Notes: generated by a model from the sequence alone, not told the origin. Positions 7,218-16,823 are shown, numbered from the stretch's first letter. The stretch is 21,170 bases of DNA from Halodesulfurarchaeum sp. (GCA_042216015.1 JBDGUI010000041.1:1-21170); one strand, 5' to 3'. Numbers and translations: made by a program.

Positions 7218-8180
7218 TTACTCCTCTTCGAGTTCCCCGACGTCGAGTTCGTCCATGATCTCCTCGGTGTCGACGTCGGCGTCCTCGAGTTGGGCCTCCA
7301 CGTCACCGAGGCCACCCATTCCGCCCATTCCGGGCATGGCAGGCGCGCCGTCGATGATCTCCTGCACGATGACCCGGTCGATGTCGATCTTCTCGATGAC
7401 GTCACCGAGGATCTGCTGTTTCGACATCATCCATTGCTGGTTGAACTGGAGTTCCGGTGAACTCTCGATGTAGAGGGTCTCCTTCTCGGTGGTCTGGATC
7501 TCCGTCTCGGGCTCGTCGGCTTCGGCTTCCTCGCCTTCCTCCTCGTCGTCACCGGCTTCATCCTGGTCGGGCTCGACTTCGACCTCCTCCTCGACCTCGT
7601 CGGTCTCGAGGTGCATCTCGAGGTCGACGTCGAAGTACGTGTTGAGCAACCCCCTGGCCATTTCGACGCGGTCCTCGATGGTGTCGAGGATCTCGTACTC
7701 GTACTCGATGTCCTGGCCCGCCAGCGGGTGGTTGAAGTCGACGCGAGCCCGACCGCCGATGATGGTCTCGACGTGACCGTGCTGGCCGTCGACGTCAACG
7801 TGGGCGCCCGGATAGCGGTCGTCCTCCGGGATCTTCTCGGCGCTGACCGTGCGGACCTCTTCTTCGTCGTACTCGCCGAAGGCCTCGGCCGCGGGAATTT
7901 CGACACTCCCCTCCTCGCCGACATCGCGGCCGACGATGTCCTCCTCGACGCCGGGGAAGAGATGGCCCTCGCCGAGGACGATGGTTCGCGGGGCGAACTC
8001 CTGTCCCTCCGTGTCCACGCCCTCCTCCTCCGCGATCGATTCGTCGGTGGTGTCGACGAGGTCCCCGTCCTCGACGGTCCGGGCGGTGTAGGCGACCTTC
8101 ACGAAATCCCCGTTCTTTAGGCCGGCCGTCTCCCTCTCGGCGGAATCGTCGGCCGAATCGGCCGTCTGTTCGTCACTCAT
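7218..8180 (-). CDS. Long-type archaeal FKBP peptidyl-prolyl cis-trans isomerase (SlyD-like)
   Basis: GDFVKVAYT, VDTT, IPAAEAFGE and RVDFNHPLAG motifs plus C-terminal archaeal extension; start ATG 8180 with TTAAG box about 25 nt upstream. Confidence 0.93.
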   Translation of the reverse strand: MSDEQTADSADDSAERETAGLKNGDFVKVAYTARTVEDGDLVDTTDESIAEEEGVDTEGQEFAPRTIVLGEGHLFPGVEEDIVGRDVGEEGSVEIPAAEAFGEYDEEEVRTVSAEKIPEDDRYPGAHVDVDGQHGHVETIIGGRARVDFNHPLAGQDIEYEYEILDTIEDRVEMARGLLNTYFDVDLEMHLETDEVEEEVEVEPDQDEAGDDEEEGEEAEADEPETEIQTTEKETLYIESSPELQFNQQWMMSKQQILGDVIEKIDIDRVIVQEIIDGAPAMPGMGGMGGLGDVEAQLEDADVDTEEIMDELDVGELEEE

Positions 8181-8296
8181 ACCCCAAGGGAGTTCCGTTC
8201 GACCCTTAAGAATCACGGTCCGACTATGCCGGCGATTTGGCGGGTCTCGACCGCATCGGAACGTTTAGTTCCCCTGCCCCAACACAGCCAGACACA

Positions 8297-9658
8297 ATGG
8301 CAACAGTCGACAATGGGGGCACCCAGACGGGCGAGGGGGGACCCGACCTCACGTACCCGGCCGAGGATTGGGTCGGATTCATCAAGAACCACCTCGGGCC
8401 GTCGATCATGTGGGCCCTGCTGGGAATCGGGGGGAGCCACGTCGTGCTCGCCCCGACCATCGGTGGCTTCTACGGATTCTTCGGCGTCTGGCTCGTGGCC
8501 ATCATCTTCCTGGCGAAGTACGGCGGCTGGGAGCTGGGTATCCGATACAACTACGGCATCGGACGAAACCCCGTCGAGGGGTACGGTGACCTCCCGGGCC
8601 CCGACCACTGGGGCCAGGTCTTCACGATGCTCGTCTACCTCGTCGGGTGGACCGTCATCCTCGCCTCGGTCGGGTTCAGCGCGGCGACCTTCCTCGCGGC
8701 ACTCGTTCCCTCGATCACGACAATTCAACTGTACATCGGATTGATCGCATTCTCGGTCGCGCTGACGATGGTCTCCCGGTACTCCTGGATCGAGATGCTG
8801 ATGAAACTCTTCGTCTTCGTCCTCGGTGGGTTCATCATTCTCGGCGTCTTCGTCTCGCCCCCATCGGCATCGGTGATTTCTGAGACTGCCTTCACGATTC
8901 CCGATCTCTCCTCGCCGGTGTTCCTCGGACTCTTCGCGGCCCTCGCCGGTTACGCACCGACAGGGTTGAGCACCACCGTCACCATCGGAAGCTGGAGCAT
9001 GGCCAAAGAACAGGGGGCACGCGCGCTCCGGGATCGAAACTACGACCCGACCGAGGAGCGGTTTCACGACTACATCGCGAGCTGGATGCGGACGGGAATC
9101 CGCGACTTCCGGGTCGCCTTCGCCTTCAGTTTCGTCCTCATCGTGAGCATGATTCTGCTCGCCACGGCGGTTTTCTACCCGAACCCGCCAAAGAACGCGA
9201 ACATGGCCATCGCCATCGGGAACATCCTCCAGGAGAGCTTCGGTGACTGGACCTTCTACGTCGTGGTCGCCGGCGCCTTCGCCGCGCTCTTCTCGACGGT
9301 CGTCACGGTCATGGACGGCGCCGCACGCGTCAACGCGGACACCCTCCCGCTCGTGCTCGAGCGGGAGATGGATCGGGACCGGCTCCGACTCGGTTTCATC
9401 CTGCTCATGGGCACCGCGAGCATCATCCCGATCCTCGTCATCGGGCAGTTGCCGGTCACCCTCATGGTCTTCTCAGCGGCACTGATGGCGATTCTCCAGG
9501 TGTTCTTCTACTTCGCGAACTACTATATCGTGCAAAAGCACCTCCCCGAGGCCTTCCAGCCCGATACCGCCCACAAGCGCTACTACGTGATCACCATGGT
9601 GCTCGTGGCCGGTTTCGGCCTCATGGGTGGGCTGAGCCGGCTCGGGCTGGTCGGCTGA
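8297..9658 (+). CDS. Nramp-related (APC/LeuT-fold) secondary transporter, substrate uncertain
   Basis: About 11 hydrophobic segments; LGPSIMW..LGIGGSH, KY...E..IRY....G, AALFST...MDG.AR typical of Nramp-like proteins; canonical DPGN absent. Confidence 0.8.
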   Translation: MATVDNGGTQTGEGGPDLTYPAEDWVGFIKNHLGPSIMWALLGIGGSHVVLAPTIGGFYGFFGVWLVAIIFLAKYGGWELGIRYNYGIGRNPVEGYGDLPGPDHWGQVFTMLVYLVGWTVILASVGFSAATFLAALVPSITTIQLYIGLIAFSVALTMVSRYSWIEMLMKLFVFVLGGFIILGVFVSPPSASVISETAFTIPDLSSPVFLGLFAALAGYAPTGLSTTVTIGSWSMAKEQGARALRDRNYDPTEERFHDYIASWMRTGIRDFRVAFAFSFVLIVSMILLATAVFYPNPPKNANMAIAIGNILQESFGDWTFYVVVAGAFAALFSTVVTVMDGAARVNADTLPLVLEREMDRDRLRLGFILLMGTASIIPILVIGQLPVTLMVFSAALMAILQVFFYFANYYIVQKHLPEAFQPDTAHKRYYVITMVLVAGFGLMGGLSRLGLVG

Positions 9659-9759
9659 GGACGGTCGCCTTCGGTGGGTCGGTCGCTTCGTCGCCGTGGG
9701 ACCGAATTCGTCTCCGCCGAAACGGATACTTTTCCGTGTTCCCCTCACATGCGAGTGAT

Positions 9760-10317
9760 ATGTACGAGGTCGAGTTGAAGGTCCGGGCGGCACACGAGGC
9801 CGTCCGCCCGGCACTCGATGCCGCCGGGGCAAGCGAACGCGAAACCGTGGAGCAGCGTGACGTCTATTTCGACGCACCCCATCGGGACCTCGCCTCGCGG
9901 GACGAGGCCCTTCGGCTCCGGGAGGAGACCGACACCGGGGGAACGACGGCGGTCCTCACCTTCAAGGGCCCCCGACTGGACCGGGAGTCTCAGACACGCA
10001 CGGAGTACGAGACGGCGATTGGCTCACCGGCGGAGCTGAAAACTGCTCTCGAGGCCCTCGGATTCGAGCCCGCCGCGACCGTCGAGAAGACCCGTGAACG
10101 CTTCGAACTCGACGGGTTCACGGTCTCCCTCGATTCCGTCGCGGAGCTGGGCGAGTTCGTCGAGGTCGAGACGACGGCGAGCGAAGCGGACATCGAGCAG
10201 GCCCAGCGGGCCGTTGCAGCCACGCTCGAGCGACTGGGACTCGATCCGGAGGCACAAATTTCGACGTCGTACCTCGAATTGCTGCTCGATGAGTCGAACG
10301 GGAGTGAACCGGAGTGA
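9760..10317 (+). CDS. cyaB: CYTH-domain protein (annotated class IV adenylate cyclase CyaB; possibly triphosphatase)
   Basis: EVELK (ExExK) N-terminal motif, QRDVYF, ALRLR, LTFKGP, VEKTRE, LGEFVEVE, SYLELL. Confidence 0.9.
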   Translation: MYEVELKVRAAHEAVRPALDAAGASERETVEQRDVYFDAPHRDLASRDEALRLREETDTGGTTAVLTFKGPRLDRESQTRTEYETAIGSPAELKTALEALGFEPAATVEKTRERFELDGFTVSLDSVAELGEFVEVETTASEADIEQAQRAVAATLERLGLDPEAQISTSYLELLLDESNGSEPE

Positions 10318-10343
10318 TGCGTGAAGGACATGAGAGACGGCAA

Positions 10344-10364
10344 ATAACTTTTCGCAAGTTATAG
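10344..10364 (+). promoter_or_regulatory. mat promoter: TATA (TTATAG) overlapped by inverted repeat ATAACTT-N5-AAGTTAT
   Basis: ATAACTT 10344-10350 and AAGTTAT 10356-10362 are exact reverse complements; TTATAG 10359-10364 lies 26-31 nt upstream of ATG 10390. Confidence 0.65.
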
Positions 10365-10389
10365 AAGCGGTCGTTGGGTACTCTCGCCA

Positions 10390-11595
10390 ATGACCGATCG
10401 GAACATTCGCGTGCAGTCCCTCGACCGCGGGGCGGTCGAGGACCAGGAGATCGAGATCGTCGAACGAAAGGGAATCGGGCATCCCGACTCGATCTGTGAT
10501 GGGATCGCCGAGGCCGTCTCGCGGGCGCTGGCCCAGGCGTACGTCGACCGCTTCGGCAAGGTCCTCCACTACAACACCGACGAGACCCAGCTCGTCGCCG
10601 GCGACGCCGCCCCGGCTTTCGGCGGCGGGGAGGTCGTCGAGCCGATCTACATTCTCATCGTCGGTCGGGCGACCAAGTACTACGAGGGCCAGGCGATTCC
10701 GGTCGACTCGATCGCCCTCCGTGCCGCCCGTGACTATCTCGCGGCAAACATCCCCAATCTCGACCTCGAGTCCGACGTGATCGTCGACGTCCGGCTGGGG
10801 GAGGGCTCGGGGGACCTCCAGGAGGTCTTCGCCGAGAACGGGAGCACCGTCCCGATGGCCAACGACACGAGCTTCGGGGTCGGACACGCACCGCTCTCGG
10901 AGACCGAACAGCTCGTCTACAACACCGAGCGCCGGTTGCTCGAGGAGTTCCAGGGGGCCCACCCGGCCCTGGGGCAGGACATCAAGGTCATGGGCAAACG
11001 GGAGGGGTCCATCGTCGACCTCACGGTGGCCGCAGCGCTGGTCGACAGCTACGTCCCCGACATGGAGACCTATCGGGCCGAAATCGAGGCGGTCCGGGCC
11101 TTCGTGAGCGAACTGGCGACCGAGTACACCGACCGCGAGGTCCGGGTGCACGTCAACACGGCGGACGAACCGAGCCAGGGGTCGATCTACCTCACGACGA
11201 CCGGGACGAGCGCCGAGCAGGGAGACGACGGCTCCGTGGGTCGGGGGAACCGGGCAAACGGCCTCATCACCCCCAACCGCTCGATGTCGATGGAGGCCAC
11301 GAGCGGAAAGAACCCGGTCAACCACATCGGCAAGATCTACAACCTGCTCTCGACCGAGATCGCCTCACAGGTCGTCGAGGAGGTCTCCGGGATTCGGGAT
11401 CTCAGGGTGCGGCTTCTGAGCCAGATCGGGAGCCCCATCGACGACCCCCACGTCGCGGACCTGCACGTGGTGACCGAATCGGACGTCGAACTGCGCGAGG
11501 TCGAATCCGAGATCAGATCCATCGTCGACGAGCAGTTGGAGGGCGTCGAGGATCTGACTCAGGCGGTCATCCGTGGCGAACTCACCACGTTCTAA
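10390..11595 (+). CDS. mat: Archaeal S-adenosylmethionine synthetase
   Basis: [61 protein letters not shown]. Confidence 0.97.
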   Translation: MTDRNIRVQSLDRGAVEDQEIEIVERKGIGHPDSICDGIAEAVSRALAQAYVDRFGKVLHYNTDETQLVAGDAAPAFGGGEVVEPIYILIVGRATKYYEGQAIPVDSIALRAARDYLAANIPNLDLESDVIVDVRLGEGSGDLQEVFAENGSTVPMANDTSFGVGHAPLSETEQLVYNTERRLLEEFQGAHPALGQDIKVMGKREGSIVDLTVAAALVDSYVPDMETYRAEIEAVRAFVSELATEYTDREVRVHVNTADEPSQGSIYLTTTGTSAEQGDDGSVGRGNRANGLITPNRSMSMEATSGKNPVNHIGKIYNLLSTEIASQVVEEVSGIRDLRVRLLSQIGSPIDDPHVADLHVVTESDVELREVESEIRSIVDEQLEGVEDLTQAVIRGELTTF

Positions 11596-11658
11596 TCGAG
11601 CTCGGTAAATCCGATCGATTCCCGAAGAGCGCTTAGGCGACCGGTTCCTTCCCCGGGT

Positions 11659-12855
11659 ATGAACGTGCCGGGTGCTGACGTCGTCGTGGTTCGCCACGGG
11701 GACATCGGGGTCAAATCCAGTCGGGTCCAGTCCTGGATGGAGGCGACCCTTGCCACGAACCTCGAGGCGATGCTCGCGGCACTGGCCATCGATGGACGAG
11801 TCGAGCACCAGCGGGGTCGACTGTTCGTTCGGACCGACGAACCGGAAGCGGCCACCGCGGCGGCCACAGACGTGTTTGGCGTCGTTTCCGCCAGTCCGGC
11901 CCGGGCAGTCGATCCGACGTTGGACGCCATCTCGGAGGCACTGGCGGACGTGGCAAGCCGGACCTACGACGGAGGGAGTTTCGCCGTCGATTCGAGGCGA
12001 GCCGGCGAGCACGACTTCACGAGCCAGGACGTCGGTCGGGTCGGTGGCGAAGCGATCTGGAGGGCCGTCGAGCCCGAGTTCGATCCCAGGGTCGACCTTG
12101 ACGAACCGGACCACCGCTTCGCGGTCGAAGTGCGAGACGCCGAGGCGTTCGTGTACCGCGAGCGCGTCGAGGGACCGGGTGGACTGCCGGTCGGAACCCA
12201 GGATCCACTCGTCGTCCTGGTGAGCGGCGGTATCGACTCGCCCGTCGCCGGGTGGCTCGCGATGAAGCGGGGCGCTCCGATCGTCCCGCTGTATCTCGAC
12301 CTGGGCGAGTATGGTGGGGCCGACCACCGGTCCCGGGCCATCGAGACCGTCCGACGGCTCGCGGGCTATGCGCCCGGGAGAGAGTGGACGGTCCGGGTGG
12401 CCCCGATCGGCCAGCCGCTCGGGGAACTCGAAGCACGGGTCGAGGGGACTCGAATGCTCTCGGTCCGCCGGCTCATGTTCCAGGTCGCAGCGGCCGTCGC
12501 CGACGAAACCGGTGCCCGGGGCATCGTCACCGGGGAGGCGATGGGACAGAAGTCGAGCCAGACGGTGAAAAACCTCGCCGTGACCGATCGCGTAATCGAA
12601 CTCCCGATCCACCGTCCACTTCTCTCCTTCGACAAACAGGAGATCATCGAAAGAGCCCGGGAGATCGGCACCTATGACACCGCCACCATCGAGGCGGGCT
12701 GCAACCGAATCGCCCCCGACAACCCGGAAACGGGGGCGTCACTCGATCGGGTCGAGGGGGCCGAACCGGACGCGCTCGCGGAGTGGGCGATCGAGGCCGC
12801 CGCCGAGGTGGAATTAATACCCGTGGAGCCGATGGTCGACACGAGCGACCGATGA
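11659..12855 (+). CDS. thiI: tRNA sulfurtransferase ThiI (THUMP plus PP-loop)
   Basis: VRHGDIGVKS, GPGGLPVGTQ, PP-loop SGGIDSPVA, TGEAMGQKSSQT, RPL...DK.EI. Confidence 0.93.
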   Translation: MNVPGADVVVVRHGDIGVKSSRVQSWMEATLATNLEAMLAALAIDGRVEHQRGRLFVRTDEPEAATAAATDVFGVVSASPARAVDPTLDAISEALADVASRTYDGGSFAVDSRRAGEHDFTSQDVGRVGGEAIWRAVEPEFDPRVDLDEPDHRFAVEVRDAEAFVYRERVEGPGGLPVGTQDPLVVLVSGGIDSPVAGWLAMKRGAPIVPLYLDLGEYGGADHRSRAIETVRRLAGYAPGREWTVRVAPIGQPLGELEARVEGTRMLSVRRLMFQVAAAVADETGARGIVTGEAMGQKSSQTVKNLAVTDRVIELPIHRPLLSFDKQEIIERAREIGTYDTATIEAGCNRIAPDNPETGASLDRVEGAEPDALAEWAIEAAAEVELIPVEPMVDTSDR

Positions 12856-13307
12856 CGGAGGTGTGTCTCCTGGGCCAACCCGACCGCGACGTCCGAGAGG
12901 CACTCCTTTCCTACGAAACCGCCCGATCGGCCCTGGCCCCCTACGAGCTGAGAGAGCCCTTCGCGAACGCAATCGCCATCGAGACCGTGAGCCTCGGTGC
13001 GGCGATCTCCTTTCTGAACGACCTCTCCTGGTATCTCGCCCGCACCACCGAGGAGGTCTTCCTGCGGGATCCCTCCATCAGTGAGACCGAGTGGCTCTCC
13101 CGGGATCTCGCGACGGCCGTACGGAACGGGGAAATTCAACCCGAGGGGACGGGTGAATACCTCAAGGTCTATGGCGAGGACGACGGGACGCTGCTCGAAC
13201 CGATGTACGTCACCCGTCGGGAGGGTTCGATTCCCACGTATGATCTCAGGGACGTCTTGAATACCGTCGTGGTCCGGGTGACACAGTCGGAGTTCGGAGC
13301 GGGTTGA
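12852..13307 (+). CDS. Conserved euryarchaeal hypothetical protein (DUF5804-like)
   Basis: ATGA overlap with thiI stop; acidic 151-aa ORF with LLSYETAR, TVSLGAA..FLNDL.WY and WLSRDLA motifs. Confidence 0.78.
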   Translation: MTEVCLLGQPDRDVREALLSYETARSALAPYELREPFANAIAIETVSLGAAISFLNDLSWYLARTTEEVFLRDPSISETEWLSRDLATAVRNGEIQPEGTGEYLKVYGEDDGTLLEPMYVTRREGSIPTYDLRDVLNTVVVRVTQSEFGAG

Positions 13308-13406
13308 CCCGAAGCCAGGCCGCACGGACACACGTCCCCACGAACGTGCCCATTCGGTTCCGAACACACGGTAAAACTTACACGAGCGTGGACCGCACAC
13401 CCAGAC

Positions 13407-14690
13407 ATGCAAGAGCGAGTGCTCCTCGTGGGTGGTGGGGGCCGGGAACACGCGATCGCCCGGGCGCTTTCAGATAGCGAACTGTACGCCTACAGCAGCA
13501 ATCGGAATCCAGGCATCGCGGCGATCGCCAGCGAGATCCGGACCGGTTCGGAAACCGATCAAGGAGCGATCGTCGACTTCGCGACCGACATCGACGCCAC
13601 GCTCGCCGTCATCGGTCCCGAGGGGGCACTCGCTGCCGGGGTCGTCGACGCGCTCGGGGAGGCTGGAATCTATGCCTTCGGCCCAGCGGCCGAACAGGCC
13701 CGACTCGAGACGGACAAGGCCCACCAGCGGGAGTTCATGGCCGAGCACGGCATCGAGGCGCGACCGGACTTTGCGACCTTCGAGGCGGTCGAACCGGCGA
13801 TCGAGTACCTCGAATCGGTCGAGGGTGACGTCGCGGTCAAACCCCGGGGGCTCACCGGTGGAAAAGGCGTCAGAGTGACGGGGGACCAGCTCTCGAAGGG
13901 CGAAGCCGTCGCGTACCTGCGCGAGAGCGACTATGGAGAGTGGGTCATCGAGGAGCGCCTGGTCGGCGAGGAGTTCACCGTCCAGGCCTTCGTGGCGAAC
14001 GGCGAGGTGCGGCCCACGCTCGCTGTGCAGGACCACAAGCGGGCCTACGAGGGCGATGAGGGCCCCAACACCGGCGGGATGGGCTCGTACAGCGACACGG
14101 GGCCCGTGCTCCCGTTCATGACCGACGCGGACTACGAGGCGGCCGTGGACGTGCTCGAGCGAACCGTCGCGGCCCTCGAGGACTACCGGGGGATCCTCTA
14201 CGGCCAATTCATGCTCACCGCCGAGGGGCCGAAGGTCGTGGAGTACAACGTTCGATTCGGCGACCCGGAGGCAATGAACACGCTTCCGGTCCTCGAAACC
14301 GACCTCCTCGACGTCCTCGTGGCCGCCCGAGACGGGCGGTCACTCCCCGAACTCTCCTTCTCGGGGGAGGCAACGGTGTGCAAGTACGCCGTGCCGGCCG
14401 GCTATCCGGTGGATCCGGAGGCGGGGGCGAAAGTCTCGGTCGACGTCGACGCGGCCCCGGAAACCGAACTGTTCTACGCCTCGGTCGACGAACGCGAGGA
14501 CGGACTGTACACGACCACCTCCCGCTCGTTCGCCGTCCTGGGACTCGGGAACTCGATCGAGGTCGCCGAATCGCGGGCCGAAGCGGCCCTCGCGGAGGTG
14601 GGTGCGGGGTTCCACGTCCGCCACGACATCGGGACGGCCGAACTGGTCGAGTCGAGAATCGAACACATGCGGTCGGTCCGCGGGGAGTGA
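13407..14690 (+). CDS. purD: Phosphoribosylamine--glycine ligase
   Basis: GGGGREHAIA, GKGVRV, QDHKRAYEGDEGPNTGGMGSY, EYNVRFGDPE. Confidence 0.98.
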   Translation: MQERVLLVGGGGREHAIARALSDSELYAYSSNRNPGIAAIASEIRTGSETDQGAIVDFATDIDATLAVIGPEGALAAGVVDALGEAGIYAFGPAAEQARLETDKAHQREFMAEHGIEARPDFATFEAVEPAIEYLESVEGDVAVKPRGLTGGKGVRVTGDQLSKGEAVAYLRESDYGEWVIEERLVGEEFTVQAFVANGEVRPTLAVQDHKRAYEGDEGPNTGGMGSYSDTGPVLPFMTDADYEAAVDVLERTVAALEDYRGILYGQFMLTAEGPKVVEYNVRFGDPEAMNTLPVLETDLLDVLVAARDGRSLPELSFSGEATVCKYAVPAGYPVDPEAGAKVSVDVDAAPETELFYASVDEREDGLYTTTSRSFAVLGLGNSIEVAESRAEAALAEVGAGFHVRHDIGTAELVESRIEHMRSVRGE

Positions 14691-14762
14691 GTGGATCCAC
14701 AACGGGAATGACACCCGCTCGAAGCCGAACGGCTTTTTTCGCGTGCCTGCCAGGGTCGAGGC

Positions 14763-14960
14763 ATGAACCTCGCCATCCCGCTTTTCGCACTGCTCACCGG
14801 GTTGCTCACCGGAACCGTCTTCGCCGCCGTCGAGGCACCGATTCCCGCCCCGCCGAACGTGGCCGGCGTCCTCGGGATCGCGGGCATCTACCTCGGGTAC
14901 GTTCTCGTGGAGGGGAGTGATTTCACCGTGGACCTCCTCGCGATTTTGGGATTGCGTTGA
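14763..14960 (+). CDS. XapX-domain small membrane protein
   Basis: 65 aa, two hydrophobic segments around PIPAPP..AGVLGIAGIYLGY. Confidence 0.85.
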   Translation: MNLAIPLFALLTGLLTGTVFAAVEAPIPAPPNVAGVLGIAGIYLGYVLVEGSDFTVDLLAILGLR

Positions 14961-14994
14961 GCCTGCGTTCCGCTCCAACCGTTCCACCCCACCG

Positions 14995-16821
14995 TCAGTA
15001 GGTCCGTTCGGTCGGATCGTAATCCTGGACGTCGCTCTCGAGGATGTTCGGCCGATACCACATCTCCGGGTCACCGTCGTTCCAGGAGAGCATCGTGTGC
15101 TTGCGCCACTCCTCGTCCCGGCGTTCCTGATGGGCCCTGCGCCAGTGTGCCCCCCTGGACTCCTCGCGGGCGAGCGCTCCCATCGCGATGGCTTCTGCCA
15201 GGTCGATCACGTTTCGCGTTTCGAAGGCGTGCTGGAGTTCCGTGTTGAAGGTTCGAGAAGTGTCAGTGACGTGGAGGTCCCGGAAGTCCTCCCTCGCCGC
15301 CTCGATCTCTTGCAGGGCGGTTTCGATGCCGGATCGTTCGCGGAACACGTTGACGTGTTCGCCCATTGCCTGCTTTACCCGGGACCGAATTTCGGCCTGG
15401 CTCACGCCCCCCTCGGTCGAGAGGAGCGTTTCGATGTGCTCGCGCTCTGCCCCAACGACCGCCTCGATGACCGACTCCGGCTCGTCGGCGTGGGTCTCGG
15501 TCACCTCGTCGGTCGAAGAGCCCCGCTCACCGGGTTCGATGGGCCACTCGCGGTTTTCCCGCTCGGTAGACGGATCCGGGCCAACGGGTATCTCCGGCGT
15601 GCCGATATCTTCCCCCGAGGCGGCCCGACCCGCCCGGGCGCCGAAGACGAGGGTTTCGGCCAACGAGTTGCCGCCCAGACGGTTGGCGCCGTGCATGCTC
15701 ACACAGGCACACTCGCCGGCCGCATAGAGGCCGTCGATGACGGTCTCTCCCCACTCGTTGGTCTCGATCCCCCCCATCGTGTAGTGGGCGCCCGGTTTCA
15801 CCGGCATCGGTCGCTCCAGCGGGTCGACGCCCTCGAAGTCCCGGGCAAGGTGCACGATGTTCTCCAGGCGGTCCATGATCCGCTCCTCCCCGAGATGGCG
15901 CATGTCGAGATGGACGTGGTCGTCGTCCACCCCGCGACCCTCGGCGATCTCGGTGAGTTCGGCCCGGGAGACGACGTCACGGGAGGCCAGTTCGCCCTCC
16001 TCGACGGCGTAGCCCCGCTCGAACATGAACCGCTCTCCATCCGCATTGAACAGCCGCCCGCCCTCGCCCCGGACCCCCTCCGTGATGAGCACGCCCGTCG
16101 AGGGCAGCGTCGTCGGGTGGAACTGGACCATCTCCATGTCCTCGATGGGCACCCCAGCACGGTACGCCATCGCCACGCCATCCCCGGTATTCGCGACCGC
16201 ATTCGTCGTGTGCTCGAACACCTGCCCGGCGCCACCGGTGGCGAGAACGACGCCGTCCCGGGCCCGGAATCCGGCCACCTCGCCGGTCGCGACGTCGAGG
16301 GCCACGAATCCGTGACACTCCCGATCGGCCACCTGCTCCTGGCCGGTGACCGCGAGCCGCGTCACGTACCACTCGTCGTACACCTCGATGCCCCGCTTGA
16401 TCACCTGCTCGTACATCGAGTGCAACATGTGATGTCCCGTCTCGGCTCCCGCGTACGTGGTTCGCGGGAAGGACAGGCCACCGAACGGGCGCTGTGAGAC
16501 GGTGCCATCCTCATCACGGGAGAACGGCATCCCCCAGTGTTCGAGTTGAATGACCTCCCTCCGGATCTCCCGGGCGAAGGCGTCCACGGCGGGCGCGTCG
16601 GCAAGGAAGTCCGAGCCTTTCATCGTATCGTAGGCGTGGTCCGCCCAGGAATCCTCCTCGTCGAGGGCCGCGTTCACGCCCCCTTCGGCTGCACCCGTAT
16701 GACTCCGGACCGGGTGCAGTTTCGAGACGATCGCCACGTCCGCGCCCGACTCGTGGGCCGCGATCGCCGCCCGCAGTCCAGCGCCGCCTCCGCCGATGAC
16801 GAGTACGTCGTGTGTGTACAT
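14995..16821 (-). CDS. sdhA: Succinate dehydrogenase/fumarate reductase flavoprotein subunit
   Basis: GGGGAG FAD loop, RSHTGAAEGG (covalent-FAD His), QFHPT, TEGVRGEGG, HYTMGG, HGANRLGGNSL, ESRGAH; start ATG 16821. Confidence 0.96.
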   Translation of the reverse strand: MYTHDVLVIGGGGAGLRAAIAAHESGADVAIVSKLHPVRSHTGAAEGGVNAALDEEDSWADHAYDTMKGSDFLADAPAVDAFAREIRREVIQLEHWGMPFSRDEDGTVSQRPFGGLSFPRTTYAGAETGHHMLHSMYEQVIKRGIEVYDEWYVTRLAVTGQEQVADRECHGFVALDVATGEVAGFRARDGVVLATGGAGQVFEHTTNAVANTGDGVAMAYRAGVPIEDMEMVQFHPTTLPSTGVLITEGVRGEGGRLFNADGERFMFERGYAVEEGELASRDVVSRAELTEIAEGRGVDDDHVHLDMRHLGEERIMDRLENIVHLARDFEGVDPLERPMPVKPGAHYTMGGIETNEWGETVIDGLYAAGECACVSMHGANRLGGNSLAETLVFGARAGRAASGEDIGTPEIPVGPDPSTERENREWPIEPGERGSSTDEVTETHADEPESVIEAVVGAEREHIETLLSTEGGVSQAEIRSRVKQAMGEHVNVFRERSGIETALQEIEAAREDFRDLHVTDTSRTFNTELQHAFETRNVIDLAEAIAMGALAREESRGAHWRRAHQERRDEEWRKHTMLSWNDGDPEMWYRPNILESDVQDYDPTERTY

Positions 16822-16823
16822 GA

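Noticed and set aside
13321..13366. Small inverted repeats upstream of purD (CACGT..ACGTG, TTCGG-TT-CCGAA) as a possible purine riboswitch
   Set aside because: Stems are only 5 bp, lie upstream of the probable TATA element (so are likely not in the purD mRNA), and match no riboswitch consensus I recognise
14917..16497. 526-aa antisense ORF (and similar ones at 10024-11325, 11365-12612, 18369-19502, 19687-21144, 1216-2583)
   Set aside because: Shadow ORFs of real genes expected from GC-rich codon bias; no recognisable motifs and non-halophilic composition
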